From positions 1 to 56,958 of the forward strand of contig DAIEHA010000006.1 in the NCBI GenBank assembly GCA_027355945.1: 56,958 nt of DNA, read 5' to 3'. Position numbers and translations under genes: made by a program. Under the pieces are notes generated by a model, which saw only the letters and a program-made list of their open reading frames with translations, was not told the DNA's origin and ran no database searches. This document shows, piece by piece, positions 37,750 to 46,788 of this stretch (the stretch's first letter is position 1; every line of letters starts with the position of its first letter). The stretch is from Candidatus Parcubacteria bacterium (lineage in GTDB: Bacteria > Patescibacteriota > Minisyncoccia > UBA6257 > 2-01-FULL-56-20).

Positions 37750-39312
37750 TCAGTTCACGGAGAAGATGTCCTCTTGGGGGGTGTGCTCGGGGATGGTTCC
37801 CGTCGCATTGGGTCCCGCCGGCACTATATAGTGGATGTTCCCCGCCGAGGCATCGGCCGCGGTGAAGGAGTGCGTGATGAACATCACGGTCTCTGCGGGG
37901 ACCGGAATGCCTCGCGCGGGAACCCCGCCCGCATTCACGATCACGTACTTCGGCGTAGCGATGGGAAGTGCATTCATTGCATCGCCGACCGTCACGTAAT
38001 CCGCATTGAACGCGCCCGGTACGTTGGGATTGCGAGCCCATGTGATGAAATATTCCGTATAGCCCCCGATCGCAACAAATGCGAGGAAGAGCGCCGCGAT
38101 CGTCTTTGCGATCGAGGGATTCCATTCAAGCTTCCTCGTCATCAGGCGATACGCCCAGATGCCTCCGATCGCGGTGAAGATGAGCGCGGGTGCGAGGGCG
38201 AGGATCGATCTCAGCGCATGAGGGATCCCCTCATCGGATGCTGCTGCGGGCAGGATCCCGAATGCGAACCATGCAAATGTGAGAAGAAGCGCAAATGGAG
38301 GGAATATATCATCGGAATCTTGCATCGTACGTTCTGTGGGATCCTTCTTGTGCCGGGAGCGCCAGTGCTTCCAAAGGGATGTCCCGGAAACCGCGATCCC
38401 GAGCAGGAACAGGATCCCGACGGGCCAGAAGAGCTCCGGAGCCCCGCTCACATTCTGCCGCCAGTTATAATCCCCCCGCACGTTGAACATCAGAAGTTCC
38501 TTTCCTACGTTCACCCCAAAGTCGTGGATAGGATTTGTCCCTGTGGTGACCGCGATTTCCGCGGTGCGTCCGAAGAAGCTTCCGGGATGGCTTACGAAGT
38601 ACCATCCGATAGGAAGGGAAACGATGACCGCGACCGCGATGAAAAGGGCGGTCTTCTTCCAGAATCCCGGTGTGGTGCGGAAAAAGGGGATGAAAAGAAG
38701 GAAGAGGATCGGCGTGTCCCGGTATGCGATGTAGGTATAGAATCCTGTGGCATATACCGCTCCCGCGAGCGCGGCATACCACCATCCCGTCGTTTTGTCG
38801 TCCGCCTCATCCATACCGCCCCCTTTCCTTCGTCTGGCCCGGAATGCTTTAAGGAGAAGCCAAAGCGCCCAAATGAGGAAGAGGGGAGCGAGGATCGCAC
38901 GGAATCCGATGCGGGAAAATATGATGCCCCAGAAGCTCGTCGCGAGGAGGAACGCCGCAAGCAGTCCGGTGGCATCGCCAAGAAGCTCTCCTACGAGAAG
39001 ATAGAATCCCCAGACGGTGGCCACGCCCGCGAACGCGGCAGGCACGCGGACGATCCATGGCTGGGTCTTGTCCGCTACGGGGGCTATTTTGATGACGACC
39101 GCAAGGATATTCACATAGAGACCCTCGCGGCCGTTATCCTCGACATAGAAAGGCTGAAAATGCCCCGTTTCTGCGACTTCCGTCGCGTTGTTGCCATCCA
39201 TCGCTTCGTCCGGATAGAGCCCTGCCGGGATCGTCGTCAAATGGTAGAAGCGGAGGAAGGCTGCTATAATGAGGATACCTACAAGGAGCGACCAGCGAAG
39301 GGATCGTTGCAT
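37750..39312 (-). CDS. GT-C fold membrane glycosyltransferase (ArnT/PMT-like, GT39/GT83)
   Basis: LRFYHL...GLYPDEA (DE motif in first external loop), WIVRVPAAFAG, SRIGFR, more than 10 TMs; start set by TGaTATACT at 39320-39328. Confidence 0.85.
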   Translation of the reverse strand: MQRSLRWSLLVGILIIAAFLRFYHLTTIPAGLYPDEAMDGNNATEVAETGHFQPFYVEDNGREGLYVNILAVVIKIAPVADKTQPWIVRVPAAFAGVATVWGFYLLVGELLGDATGLLAAFLLATSFWGIIFSRIGFRAILAPLFLIWALWLLLKAFRARRRKGGGMDEADDKTTGWWYAALAGAVYATGFYTYIAYRDTPILFLLFIPFFRTTPGFWKKTALFIAVAVIVSLPIGWYFVSHPGSFFGRTAEIAVTTGTNPIHDFGVNVGKELLMFNVRGDYNWRQNVSGAPELFWPVGILFLLGIAVSGTSLWKHWRSRHKKDPTERTMQDSDDIFPPFALLLTFAWFAFGILPAAASDEGIPHALRSILALAPALIFTAIGGIWAYRLMTRKLEWNPSIAKTIAALFLAFVAIGGYTEYFITWARNPNVPGAFNADYVTVGDAMNALPIATPKYVIVNAGGVPARGIPVPAETVMFITHSFTAADASAGNIHYIVPAGPNATGTIPEHTPQEDIFSVN

Positions 39313-39360
39313 ATATTCCAGTATATCAAATCGAAGCGATAAAAATTCCAACTTCCATCA

Positions 39361-39810
39361 ATGGACCAGGCATCACCCCAATCCGCATCGTTCGAACAAG
39401 GACTTGAGACCGATATCGCTGCGCTTGCGGCCGGGATCAAAGACCGGAAGGAGCGCATCACCATAAAGGATTACAACGAGCGCGAGCTCGTGAAGGAGGC
39501 GATCAGGGCCTTTCCCAGTTTCGAACATGCGCCTCGGGCATCCTCAGCGGCGGCACCTGCACCGAGCGCGCCTGCACCCGCACCCGCGGCATCATCGGCG
39601 AGCACGAGTCCTTTGCCGGAATATGCGCAAAACGCACCTCCGGAGGTGAAGCTTGAGATAGAATACCTTCTCGATGTGGCGCTGCGTCATGGTATCGGGA
39701 AAGCGCTCGCAGAGTCGGAAAAATCGCCTTACTTCGTCCAGGATGCGTTCCATGATGCACTCACCGGGCGTCTTTATCCGGAACTTCAGAGGCGCGGGAT
39801 CGTAAAATAG
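39361..39810 (+). CDS. Hypothetical protein upstream of the VirD4-like ATPase
   Basis: Gene-like codon usage; P/A/S linker; C-terminal helical region ending FHDALTGRLYPELQRRGIVK. Confidence 0.6.
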   Translation: MDQASPQSASFEQGLETDIAALAAGIKDRKERITIKDYNERELVKEAIRAFPSFEHAPRASSAAAPAPSAPAPAPAASSASTSPLPEYAQNAPPEVKLEIEYLLDVALRHGIGKALAESEKSPYFVQDAFHDALTGRLYPELQRRGIVK

Positions 39811-39859
39811 GGCACGCGCGTCCGGTTTCCGGGATGCGGCCTGTGCTACAATGAATGCA

Positions 39860-42253
39860 ATGGCAGATTTTTGGATACTTCTTGCGATCGTGCTCGGCGC
39901 CGCCGCGGGGGTCGCTGCGTTTTTCATCGTGCGTGCCGTAGCGAGGCGGAAGATCTTCGATTCGCTCCAGACGTCGCTTTTCCTCGTACGGATCCCCAAG
40001 GCATTCCCCACCGATAATGCCACCTCGTCGGAAGGGGACGATTTCAAGACGGAGCTCGCCCATTTCGAACAGCTCCTTGGTTCGCTTGCCGCGATCAGGC
40101 GACCGTTCACGTTCGAGGTTGCCGTGCCGCACGTCGGCGAAGAGATCCATTTCTATCTCGGCGTGCCAAAGCTTTCCTCCGAAATCGCAGCGAAGCAGGT
40201 CCAAGGATTCTGGAATGGCGCGAGCGTGGAGCTCGTAGGGGACGATTTCAACATCTTCAACGTCCATGGGACGACGGTGGCGGCCTATGTCACCGAAAAG
40301 GAGAATTTCGCCCTTCCCGTGAGGACCTATGCCGAACTTGGACTTGATTCCTTCGAATCGATCGTGGGTTCATTCTCGAAGATCGCGGAGATCGGCGAAG
40401 GGGCTTCGCTCCAGGTCATCCTTCGTCCCGCGTTCCCGAGCGCGAAGAAGACCATCCAGGGTTACATAGAGCTTTTGAAGCGGGGCGAGAAGCTCGAGAA
40501 GATATTCAAAGCAGGATTCATCAGCGGTCTTGAGGATGCGATAAAGCTCCTGAATCCCGATTCCAAAAAGGAAGAGGAGAAGAAGGAGCGGGAGAAGGTG
40601 ATCGATGATGAGGCCGTGAAGGCACTCACCGCAAAGACCACAAAGCCTCTTTTCGACGTGAACGTGCGCATCGTGGCGAGCGCAGCATCGAAGTTCCAGG
40701 CGGACGACATCCTTGAGGGCCTTGCCGCGGGTTTCAGCCAGTTCGCAAGCCCCATGCGCAACGAGTTCAAGATCGTGAAACCCAGGAATCCGCGGTCGCT
40801 CGTCGAGAAATTCATCTATCGGGAATTCGACGCTTCCCATGCGATGACCCTTTCCGCCGAGGAGATCGCGAGCTTCTATCATTTCCCGATCGCATCCACA
40901 GAGACCCCTCGGGTGAAGTGGCTCAAGGCAAAAGAGGCTCCGCCCCCGGATAACATGCCGAAGGAGGGGTTATGCCTCGGGGACAGCGTGTTCCGCGGAC
41001 AGACGCGCCCCGTCTATCTCACCGATGAGGATCGGCGGCGCCATATCTACGTGGTGGGACAGACCGGGACCGGAAAATCGACGCTTCTCAACAACCTCAT
41101 CATCGAGGATATTGCGCGCGGAAGGGGCATCGCGGTGATCGACCCTCACGGCGAGCTTGTTGAAAAGGCGCTCGCGTTCGTTCCGAAGGAACGGCTCGAC
41201 GATGTGATCTATTTCGACCCCGGCGACCTTTCACGGCCGATCGGGCTCAATATGCTCGATCACGATCCCGCGAAGCCCGAGGAGCGTACGTTCATCGTGA
41301 ACGAAATGCAGAGCATCTTCGATAAGCTCTTCGACCAGGAATCGATGGGGCCGATGTTCCAGCAGTACATGCGGAACGCACTCCTTCTTCTCATGGAGGA
41401 TATGCCGAACGAACCGGCGACGCTCGTCGAGGTGCCGCGCATCTTCACTGACAGCGCATACCGCAATAGGAAGCTCGCGCGGATCTCAAACCCGGTCGTC
41501 ATCGATTTCTGGGAAAAGGAGGCGGTGAAGGCCGGAGGGGAGGCGTCGCTCGCGAATATGACGCCCTACATCACCTCAAAATTCGGAGGATTCATCACGA
41601 ACGATTATATGCGGCCCATCATCGGGCAATCGAAGTCGGCGTTCAATTTCCGGGAGGTGATGGATTCCGGGAAGATCCTCCTCGTCAATCTTTCCAAGGG
41701 AAGGATAGGGGATATCAACGCGAGCCTCCTTGGCATGGTGTTCACCGGGAAGATCCTCATGGCAGCGCTCTCGCGCGCCGGGAGCGATGATGCTTCCCGC
41801 CGCGATTTCAATCTCTATATCGACGAGTTCCAGAACTTCACGACCGATTCCATCGCAACGATCCTCAGCGAGGCGCGGAAATACCATCTTTCGCTCACAA
41901 TGGCCCATCAGTTCGTCGGCCAGCTCACCGATGCCATCAAGGCTGCGGTCTTCGGTAACGTGGGATCGGAGCTCGTGATGCGTGTGGGTATGGAGGATGC
42001 GGAATTCCTCGCGAAGCAGTTCATGCCGACGTTCAACGAGAGCGATCTCATCAACATCGATAACTTCAATGCCTATGCGAAGATCCTCGTGAACGGCCAG
42101 ACCTCGAGGCCTTTCAACCTGCGGATCGGCACGCAATCGTGGGCGCCCGGGAACGCGGACCTCGTGGGGAAGCTCAAAGAATATTCCCGGTTGAAATATG
42201 GGGTGGAACGTGCCGCGATCGAAGACGAAATCTATCGCCGCTTGCGGGAATAG
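39860..42253 (+). CDS. VirD4/TraD/TrwB-like (HerA-FtsK superfamily) ATPase
   Basis: N-terminal TM; RRRHIYVVGQTGTGKST (Walker A), AVIDPHGE, LYIDEFQNF (Walker B), LSEARKY, AHQF, AVFGNVGS. Confidence 0.88.
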   Translation: MADFWILLAIVLGAAAGVAAFFIVRAVARRKIFDSLQTSLFLVRIPKAFPTDNATSSEGDDFKTELAHFEQLLGSLAAIRRPFTFEVAVPHVGEEIHFYLGVPKLSSEIAAKQVQGFWNGASVELVGDDFNIFNVHGTTVAAYVTEKENFALPVRTYAELGLDSFESIVGSFSKIAEIGEGASLQVILRPAFPSAKKTIQGYIELLKRGEKLEKIFKAGFISGLEDAIKLLNPDSKKEEEKKEREKVIDDEAVKALTAKTTKPLFDVNVRIVASAASKFQADDILEGLAAGFSQFASPMRNEFKIVKPRNPRSLVEKFIYREFDASHAMTLSAEEIASFYHFPIASTETPRVKWLKAKEAPPPDNMPKEGLCLGDSVFRGQTRPVYLTDEDRRRHIYVVGQTGTGKSTLLNNLIIEDIARGRGIAVIDPHGELVEKALAFVPKERLDDVIYFDPGDLSRPIGLNMLDHDPAKPEERTFIVNEMQSIFDKLFDQESMGPMFQQYMRNALLLLMEDMPNEPATLVEVPRIFTDSAYRNRKLARISNPVVIDFWEKEAVKAGGEASLANMTPYITSKFGGFITNDYMRPIIGQSKSAFNFREVMDSGKILLVNLSKGRIGDINASLLGMVFTGKILMAALSRAGSDDASRRDFNLYIDEFQNFTTDSIATILSEARKYHLSLTMAHQFVGQLTDAIKAAVFGNVGSELVMRVGMEDAEFLAKQFMPTFNESDLINIDNFNAYAKILVNGQTSRPFNLRIGTQSWAPGNADLVGKLKEYSRLKYGVERAAIEDEIYRRLRE

Positions 42254-42284
42254 CGATCGGCATCCTTGCGTGTCGTTCCATGCC

Positions 42285-42316
42285 CGCGGGTCCCTTCGAG
42301 GGTCCCGCGTTTTTTT
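42285..42316 (+). terminator. Intrinsic terminator
   Basis: CGCGGG-T-CCC...GGG-T-CCCGCG stem followed by T7. Confidence 0.7.
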
Positions 42317-42413
42317 ATGATGCATCATGGCATCGTGGCGACGGTCCTTCTCTCCTATCGCACATGGCACCGCATAGTTGGCCGCGGTCCCCGCATCTGG
42401 TAAAATGGAATGC

Positions 42414-43598
42414 ATGATCACCTATCTTCGCAATGTATCGCCATCCGTGCTTGACGGGACGGCGCTTCTTCGCCTTGATTTCAACACGAAAGACGATTGG
42501 CGCATGCGTGCCGTCATCCCTACCGTGAAATTCCTGCTGGATGCGGGCGTCACGATCGTCGTCGTGAGCCATCGGGGCCGTCCCTCGGGGGGTTCGCTCG
42601 TGAATGGCGTCCCCACGGGCTTCCCTTCCGATCTCCATCTCCGGAAGGATGCCGCGAAGCTCTCTGCGCTGATCGGCCGCCGCGTCGCGTTCATCGACCA
42701 TTTCCGCTTTCCTGAAATAAAGGAACGCGTGGCTGCCTCGCCGCACGGGTCCGTGTTCCTTCTCGACAACCTTCGCTTCATGCCGGGCGAGGAGAGGAAC
42801 GACCCGAAGTTTGCGCGGCAACTCGCCTCGCTTGCCGATTTCTACGTGAACGATGCGTTTGCGGTCTCGCATCGGGCGAACGCATCGGTGGTTGCAGTGA
42901 CCGATCTCCTGCCGAGCTACGGCGGTCTTGAGCTCCAGGATGAGATCGAAGGGCTTTCGCGTGCGATCATGGCCCCTGTCCATCCGGTGGTGCTCATTCT
43001 CGGGGGAGCGAAGGCATCCGACAAACTTGGGGTCGTACGCCGTTTTCGTTCCCGTGCGGATACGTTCCTCCTCGGCGGCGGTTCTGCGAACAGCATCCTT
43101 GCGCTTCGCGGCATCGATGTGAAGGAGTCCCTTCGCGAAACCGATCCGAAGGTCCTCGCCGCGCTCAAACCCCTTGCGCGGAATCCCAAAGTCGTGCTTC
43201 CCGCGGATCTCGTATGGGGACGGGGCAAGGACGCCGGGAAGATCCTCGATCTCGGACCCCGGACGCAGAAGCTTTTCGCAGCGCGGATCGCCGCAGCGCG
43301 GACGATCGTATGGAGCGGTCCGCTCGGATTCATAGAACGCGCGCCGTATGCGAATGCAAGCATCGCGGTTGCGCGCGCGATCGGAAGGAACAAGAAGGCG
43401 TTCTCGCTCACCGGCGGCGGAGAGACGGTGATGTTCCTGAAGAAGTACGGGCTCGATAAGGGATTCAGCTTCATTTCGACAGGCGGCGGCGCGATGCTCG
43501 ATTTCCTCGCGGGAGAGAAGCTTCCCGGCATTGTCGCGCTTGGGAAACAGCGGATGCGCCCGCGCACGAAAAAAAGGAACGCACGATCCGTCGCATGA
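42414..43598 (+). CDS. pgk: Phosphoglycerate kinase
   Basis: RLDFN, SHRGRP, NLRF, YVNDAFAVSHRANAS, GGAKASDK, ISTGGGA; start set by TGgTAAAAT. Confidence 0.93.
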   Translation: MITYLRNVSPSVLDGTALLRLDFNTKDDWRMRAVIPTVKFLLDAGVTIVVVSHRGRPSGGSLVNGVPTGFPSDLHLRKDAAKLSALIGRRVAFIDHFRFPEIKERVAASPHGSVFLLDNLRFMPGEERNDPKFARQLASLADFYVNDAFAVSHRANASVVAVTDLLPSYGGLELQDEIEGLSRAIMAPVHPVVLILGGAKASDKLGVVRRFRSRADTFLLGGGSANSILALRGIDVKESLRETDPKVLAALKPLARNPKVVLPADLVWGRGKDAGKILDLGPRTQKLFAARIAAARTIVWSGPLGFIERAPYANASIAVARAIGRNKKAFSLTGGGETVMFLKKYGLDKGFSFISTGGGAMLDFLAGEKLPGIVALGKQRMRPRTKKRNARSVA

Positions 43599-44569
43599 CC
43601 TACGACGTGTATTTCCATAACGACTTCGATGGCCGTGCGAGCGCAGCCGTGATGCTCGCATTTCTGAGAAGCCGCGGAGACGATATCATGCACTTCGTCC
43701 CGGTGAATTTCGATCTTACGAAGCAATGGCTTGATGAGAGGTTCTTCGTGAAGCATGCGCTGTTCAAGGGTCCCCGCAACCCCGCCATCGTCCTCGACTT
43801 TCCCTACCATCCGGGAGCCGCGATCTGGTTCGACCATCATCCGACGACGTTCAAAAAGGAAGCATGGAAGAAGATGTTCCGTAAGGACAGATTCCATCGT
43901 CTCGATCCCGAATATCTTTCGAATTGCCATCTCACGTATACGGCCCTCAAAGAGAATTTCGGATGGAGGCCACCCGCACATTTCAGGGACCTCGTGAAAT
44001 GGCTCGACGTGATCGATGGCGCGCGCTTTGCGTCCGCAGCGCAGACGATCATGCTCAAGGAGCCTGCGCTCCAGGTCATGGCATATGTGGATGGGACCGA
44101 GGACGACCGTCCCGCGACGGAAGCATTCGTAACACTGCTTGCCGAGGAGCCGCTTGATGAGATCGCGAAGATGCCCGCAGTGAGGAGAATGGCGAAAATC
44201 GCGCAAAAGGAGAATCTGAAGGGACTCGCATATTACCGGAAGCACCTGAAGACCATGGGTGATGTGACGCTCATCGACCTTACTGCCACCACGATCTCCT
44301 CGCTCCGCTTCGCGCCTTACTATCTCCATCCCACGGTGCTCTACGGGGTGAGGATCACGAAGAAAGGAAGGTTCTATCACATGGGGGTCGGGGCGAATCC
44401 GTGGATCAAGGGAGCCGCACGGAAGAAGCATGCAGACGTCCATATCGGCGAACTTATGAGGAAGTTTGGCGGAGGGGGGCATAAGAATGCGGGCGCATGC
44501 GAGATCTCCTCAAAAAAGGACGCCCTTGCGGCGGCCGTTTCCCTCATTCCCGTACTCAACGGAGAATGA
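43595..44569 (+). CDS. DHH/DHHA1 phosphoesterase family protein
   Basis: YFHNDFDG, VLDF, WFDHH, GGGGHKNAG. Confidence 0.88.
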   Translation: MTYDVYFHNDFDGRASAAVMLAFLRSRGDDIMHFVPVNFDLTKQWLDERFFVKHALFKGPRNPAIVLDFPYHPGAAIWFDHHPTTFKKEAWKKMFRKDRFHRLDPEYLSNCHLTYTALKENFGWRPPAHFRDLVKWLDVIDGARFASAAQTIMLKEPALQVMAYVDGTEDDRPATEAFVTLLAEEPLDEIAKMPAVRRMAKIAQKENLKGLAYYRKHLKTMGDVTLIDLTATTISSLRFAPYYLHPTVLYGVRITKKGRFYHMGVGANPWIKGAARKKHADVHIGELMRKFGGGGHKNAGACEISSKKDALAAAVSLIPVLNGE

Positions 44570-44579
44570 TCGCACTACG

Positions 44580-45221
44580 ATGAAATCCACAAAAAGGAAA
44601 TATTATGCATATTTTGTGCCGGGCGAAGGTGCTGCGGTACGGCAGGGGGTGACGTCCGAATGGAAGGTGTGCGAGTCCATCGTTTCCGGGGTCACTGGTG
44701 CGCGGTATAAATCCTTCGAGGACCGTGCTCGCGCGGAACAATGGCTTGCCGGGGGCGCGATGTACGAATCCCGTCCTTCCATCGTTCGTCGCCGTGCCAC
44801 GCTCGATCCGGGCATCTATTTTGACGCAGGTACGGGAAGGGGGGAGGGGGTTGAGGTGAGCGTCACGGATGAGAGGGGGAACGACCTTCTCCATAGGGCG
44901 GTCCCGGTGGGCGCCTTGAACCGTTTCGGCAAGCATCGCATCGATGATGAGGCGGCGACGAACAATTACGGCGAACTTCTCGCGCTCCGCTTTGCGCTTG
45001 AGATCGCCATGGAAACGGGTATCGCGAAGATCTTCGGGGACAGCAAGCTCGTGATCGATTACTGGTCCCGGCGCAAGATCAAACGCAAAGAGGTCGCGGC
45101 AGAGACCGTTGCCCTTGCGGACGAGGTCGCCGCACTTCGCGCACGCTTCGAAGAGGGGGGTGGCACCGTGACGCGCATTTCCGGCGATGATAATCCCGCA
45201 GACCTCGGATTCCATAGATGA
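44580..45221 (+). CDS. rnhA: Ribonuclease HI with N-terminal hybrid-binding (caulimovirus viroplasmin-like) domain
   Basis: KYYAY...SEWKVCESIVSG...YKSFEDRARAEQWL; YFDAG, TNNYGEL, GDSKLV, NPAD. Confidence 0.85.
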   Translation: MKSTKRKYYAYFVPGEGAAVRQGVTSEWKVCESIVSGVTGARYKSFEDRARAEQWLAGGAMYESRPSIVRRRATLDPGIYFDAGTGRGEGVEVSVTDERGNDLLHRAVPVGALNRFGKHRIDDEAATNNYGELLALRFALEIAMETGIAKIFGDSKLVIDYWSRRKIKRKEVAAETVALADEVAALRARFEEGGGTVTRISGDDNPADLGFHR

Positions 45222-45296
45222 GCGATAACGAGCGATAAAAAAAGCCGGCACGGCGTGCATCGCACGCGGCCGGCTGTGGGGATTTCCGACGGAGGA

Positions 45297-45578
45297 TCAC
45301 CTGGTGAAGAGTTCGTACCAGGGTCCGAATTCCACGACAGCAGCAAGGCGAATCACCATGCCGATGCTCGGATTCCCGAATCCCTGTTCGAAACGTTGAA
45401 GTTCATTCACGCCCCAGACCGCCTGTTTTGCGCAATCCGCCTGGGTCATTTTCTTTTTGAGGCGCGCTTCGGTGACGTTCTGTCCCGCCCGCGCGAGCGA
45501 TCCTTGTGGCGGCTTCTTGACTGGCGGATGCTTTTCAGGCGCTTCCGGTCTTCCTTCAGGTGCTTCGATGTGGGTCAA
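45297..45578 (-). CDS. XRE-family helix-turn-helix protein
   Basis: GQNVTEARLKKKMTQADCA...LQRFEQGFGNPSIGMVIRLAAVVE; TTG start with GAGGAGG upstream. Confidence 0.72.
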   Translation of the reverse strand: MTHIEAPEGRPEAPEKHPPVKKPPQGSLARAGQNVTEARLKKKMTQADCAKQAVWGVNELQRFEQGFGNPSIGMVIRLAAVVEFGPWYELFTR

Positions 45579-45665
45579 CTTCTTCTTTCCTCCTCGGTGG
45601 GATATGAACCGTTTACAATAATACGAAACCGTGCCGGCAAGTCAATGGATTTTCCTCCCAAAATG

Positions 45666-45674
45666 TGATATAAT
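45666..45674 (+). promoter_or_regulatory. Extended -10 promoter of rnpB
   Basis: TGaTATAAT, 6 nt before the P1 helix. Confidence 0.7.
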
Positions 45675-45680
45675 ACTGTT

Positions 45681-46143
45681 GTGGGGCGGAACGGACGATC
45701 GCTCTCCGATTTGTATCGTGCGGCGCATGTCGCTGCGCGACGGGACGGGGAGAGGAAAATCCGGACACCCTCTTCGCTCCGGTGCCGCATTCGTGCGGAA
45801 CCGGAATCCGCTACGGCGGAACGCGCTACCGGCGCGGCGGAGACAAAAAGGTACCCGGCGAAACGCCGGGCGTCCGCAAGGATAGAGGTGCGAGCAGTGA
45901 CGTTCCGAGGCGAAAGCCGAGGAAGGACCCCATCCCGACGTAGAAGGTCCAATTCCGCTATAGGGATGATAAGGCGGAAGTGAAACGGCAAAATCCTTAC
46001 CGGGTGCAAGGTCGTGCCTCATCGATCCTTAACGGATCGATGAGGAGTGCCGCAAGAACCCGCGAGCAATCAAGGGTCCAGATGAATGATCGTCCCCGCG
46101 CGTCCGCGCGCGGCGACAGAATCCGGTTTATAGTCCGCCCTGC
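45681..46143 (+). ncRNA. rnpB: RNase P RNA (about 460 nt, expanded)
   Basis: GAGGAAAATCCGGAC (P4 5' strand), GTGAAACGG, AGATGAATGATCG, ACAGAATCCGGTTTA (P4 3' strand); P1 GGGCGGA/TCCGCCC; P2 GGACGATC/GATCGTCC. Confidence 0.93.
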
Positions 46144-46260
46144 AGTCGAAAACCCGCTCGAAATGGCGGGTTTTCGGCACCGACGTCCTTGAGAGAGATA
46201 TCTTTCCCGATAAAAATCCCGCGTGAAGCGGGATTTTCATACAACGGCATATGTCGAGTA

Positions 46261-46788
46261 TCAGTGACCGTTCACCGCGCCATATCCTGCCGGCGTTGCG
46301 AGCGCATTCCATATATGGCCTATTCCGATGTTCGGATCGGATCCCTGATCCATGATCACCTCATAATTTCCCCAGACCGAATATCCTCCAGGAAGCCAGT
46401 ACGGACTATTGCTCTCCTCTGAACCGACCCAGATTATTTTGTAGTGCCAACTTTCGCCACTTCCTCCGGGGAAACGGCCGTTCGCCTCATTGGAATCCCA
46501 CGCGCCAAGACAGTAGGTGGGATTATCGTATCCATGCGCATTGCATGCATCCCACTGCGCATTCCACTTCATGACGAGCTGATCGTGTGCGTACACACCA
46601 TAGGTTGCCTCGCAGCTTGCCGCAGTGCTTCCGGGGTAGCTTTCACACCAGGAAAGATATGTGCCGTTGAATATACGGGCGCCGTAATTATAACCATAGG
46701 CATTGAATCCGCCCGCCGCAAGCGCGGGAATCACCGACATCCCTGCGATCGCAAGCGTCATCACGGTACCTACAAATATTTTTTTCAT
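46261..46788 (-). CDS. Secreted Trp/Tyr/Gly-rich hypothetical protein
   Basis: Signal peptide MKKIFVGTVMTLAIAGMSVIPALA; four Cys; aromatic-rich body. Confidence 0.75.
   Translation of the reverse strand: MKKIFVGTVMTLAIAGMSVIPALAAGGFNAYGYNYGARIFNGTYLSWCESYPGSTAASCEATYGVYAHDQLVMKWNAQWDACNAHGYDNPTYCLGAWDSNEANGRFPGGSGESWHYKIIWVGSEESNSPYWLPGGYSVWGNYEVIMDQGSDPNIGIGHIWNALATPAGYGAVNGH

Noticed and set aside
42414-43598. PGK motif changes (WSGP for WNGP, GGGET for GGGDT) as a sign of pseudogenisation
   Set aside because: The frame is intact, the length is normal (394 aa) and the substrate-binding basic residues are retained; more likely lineage-level divergence.
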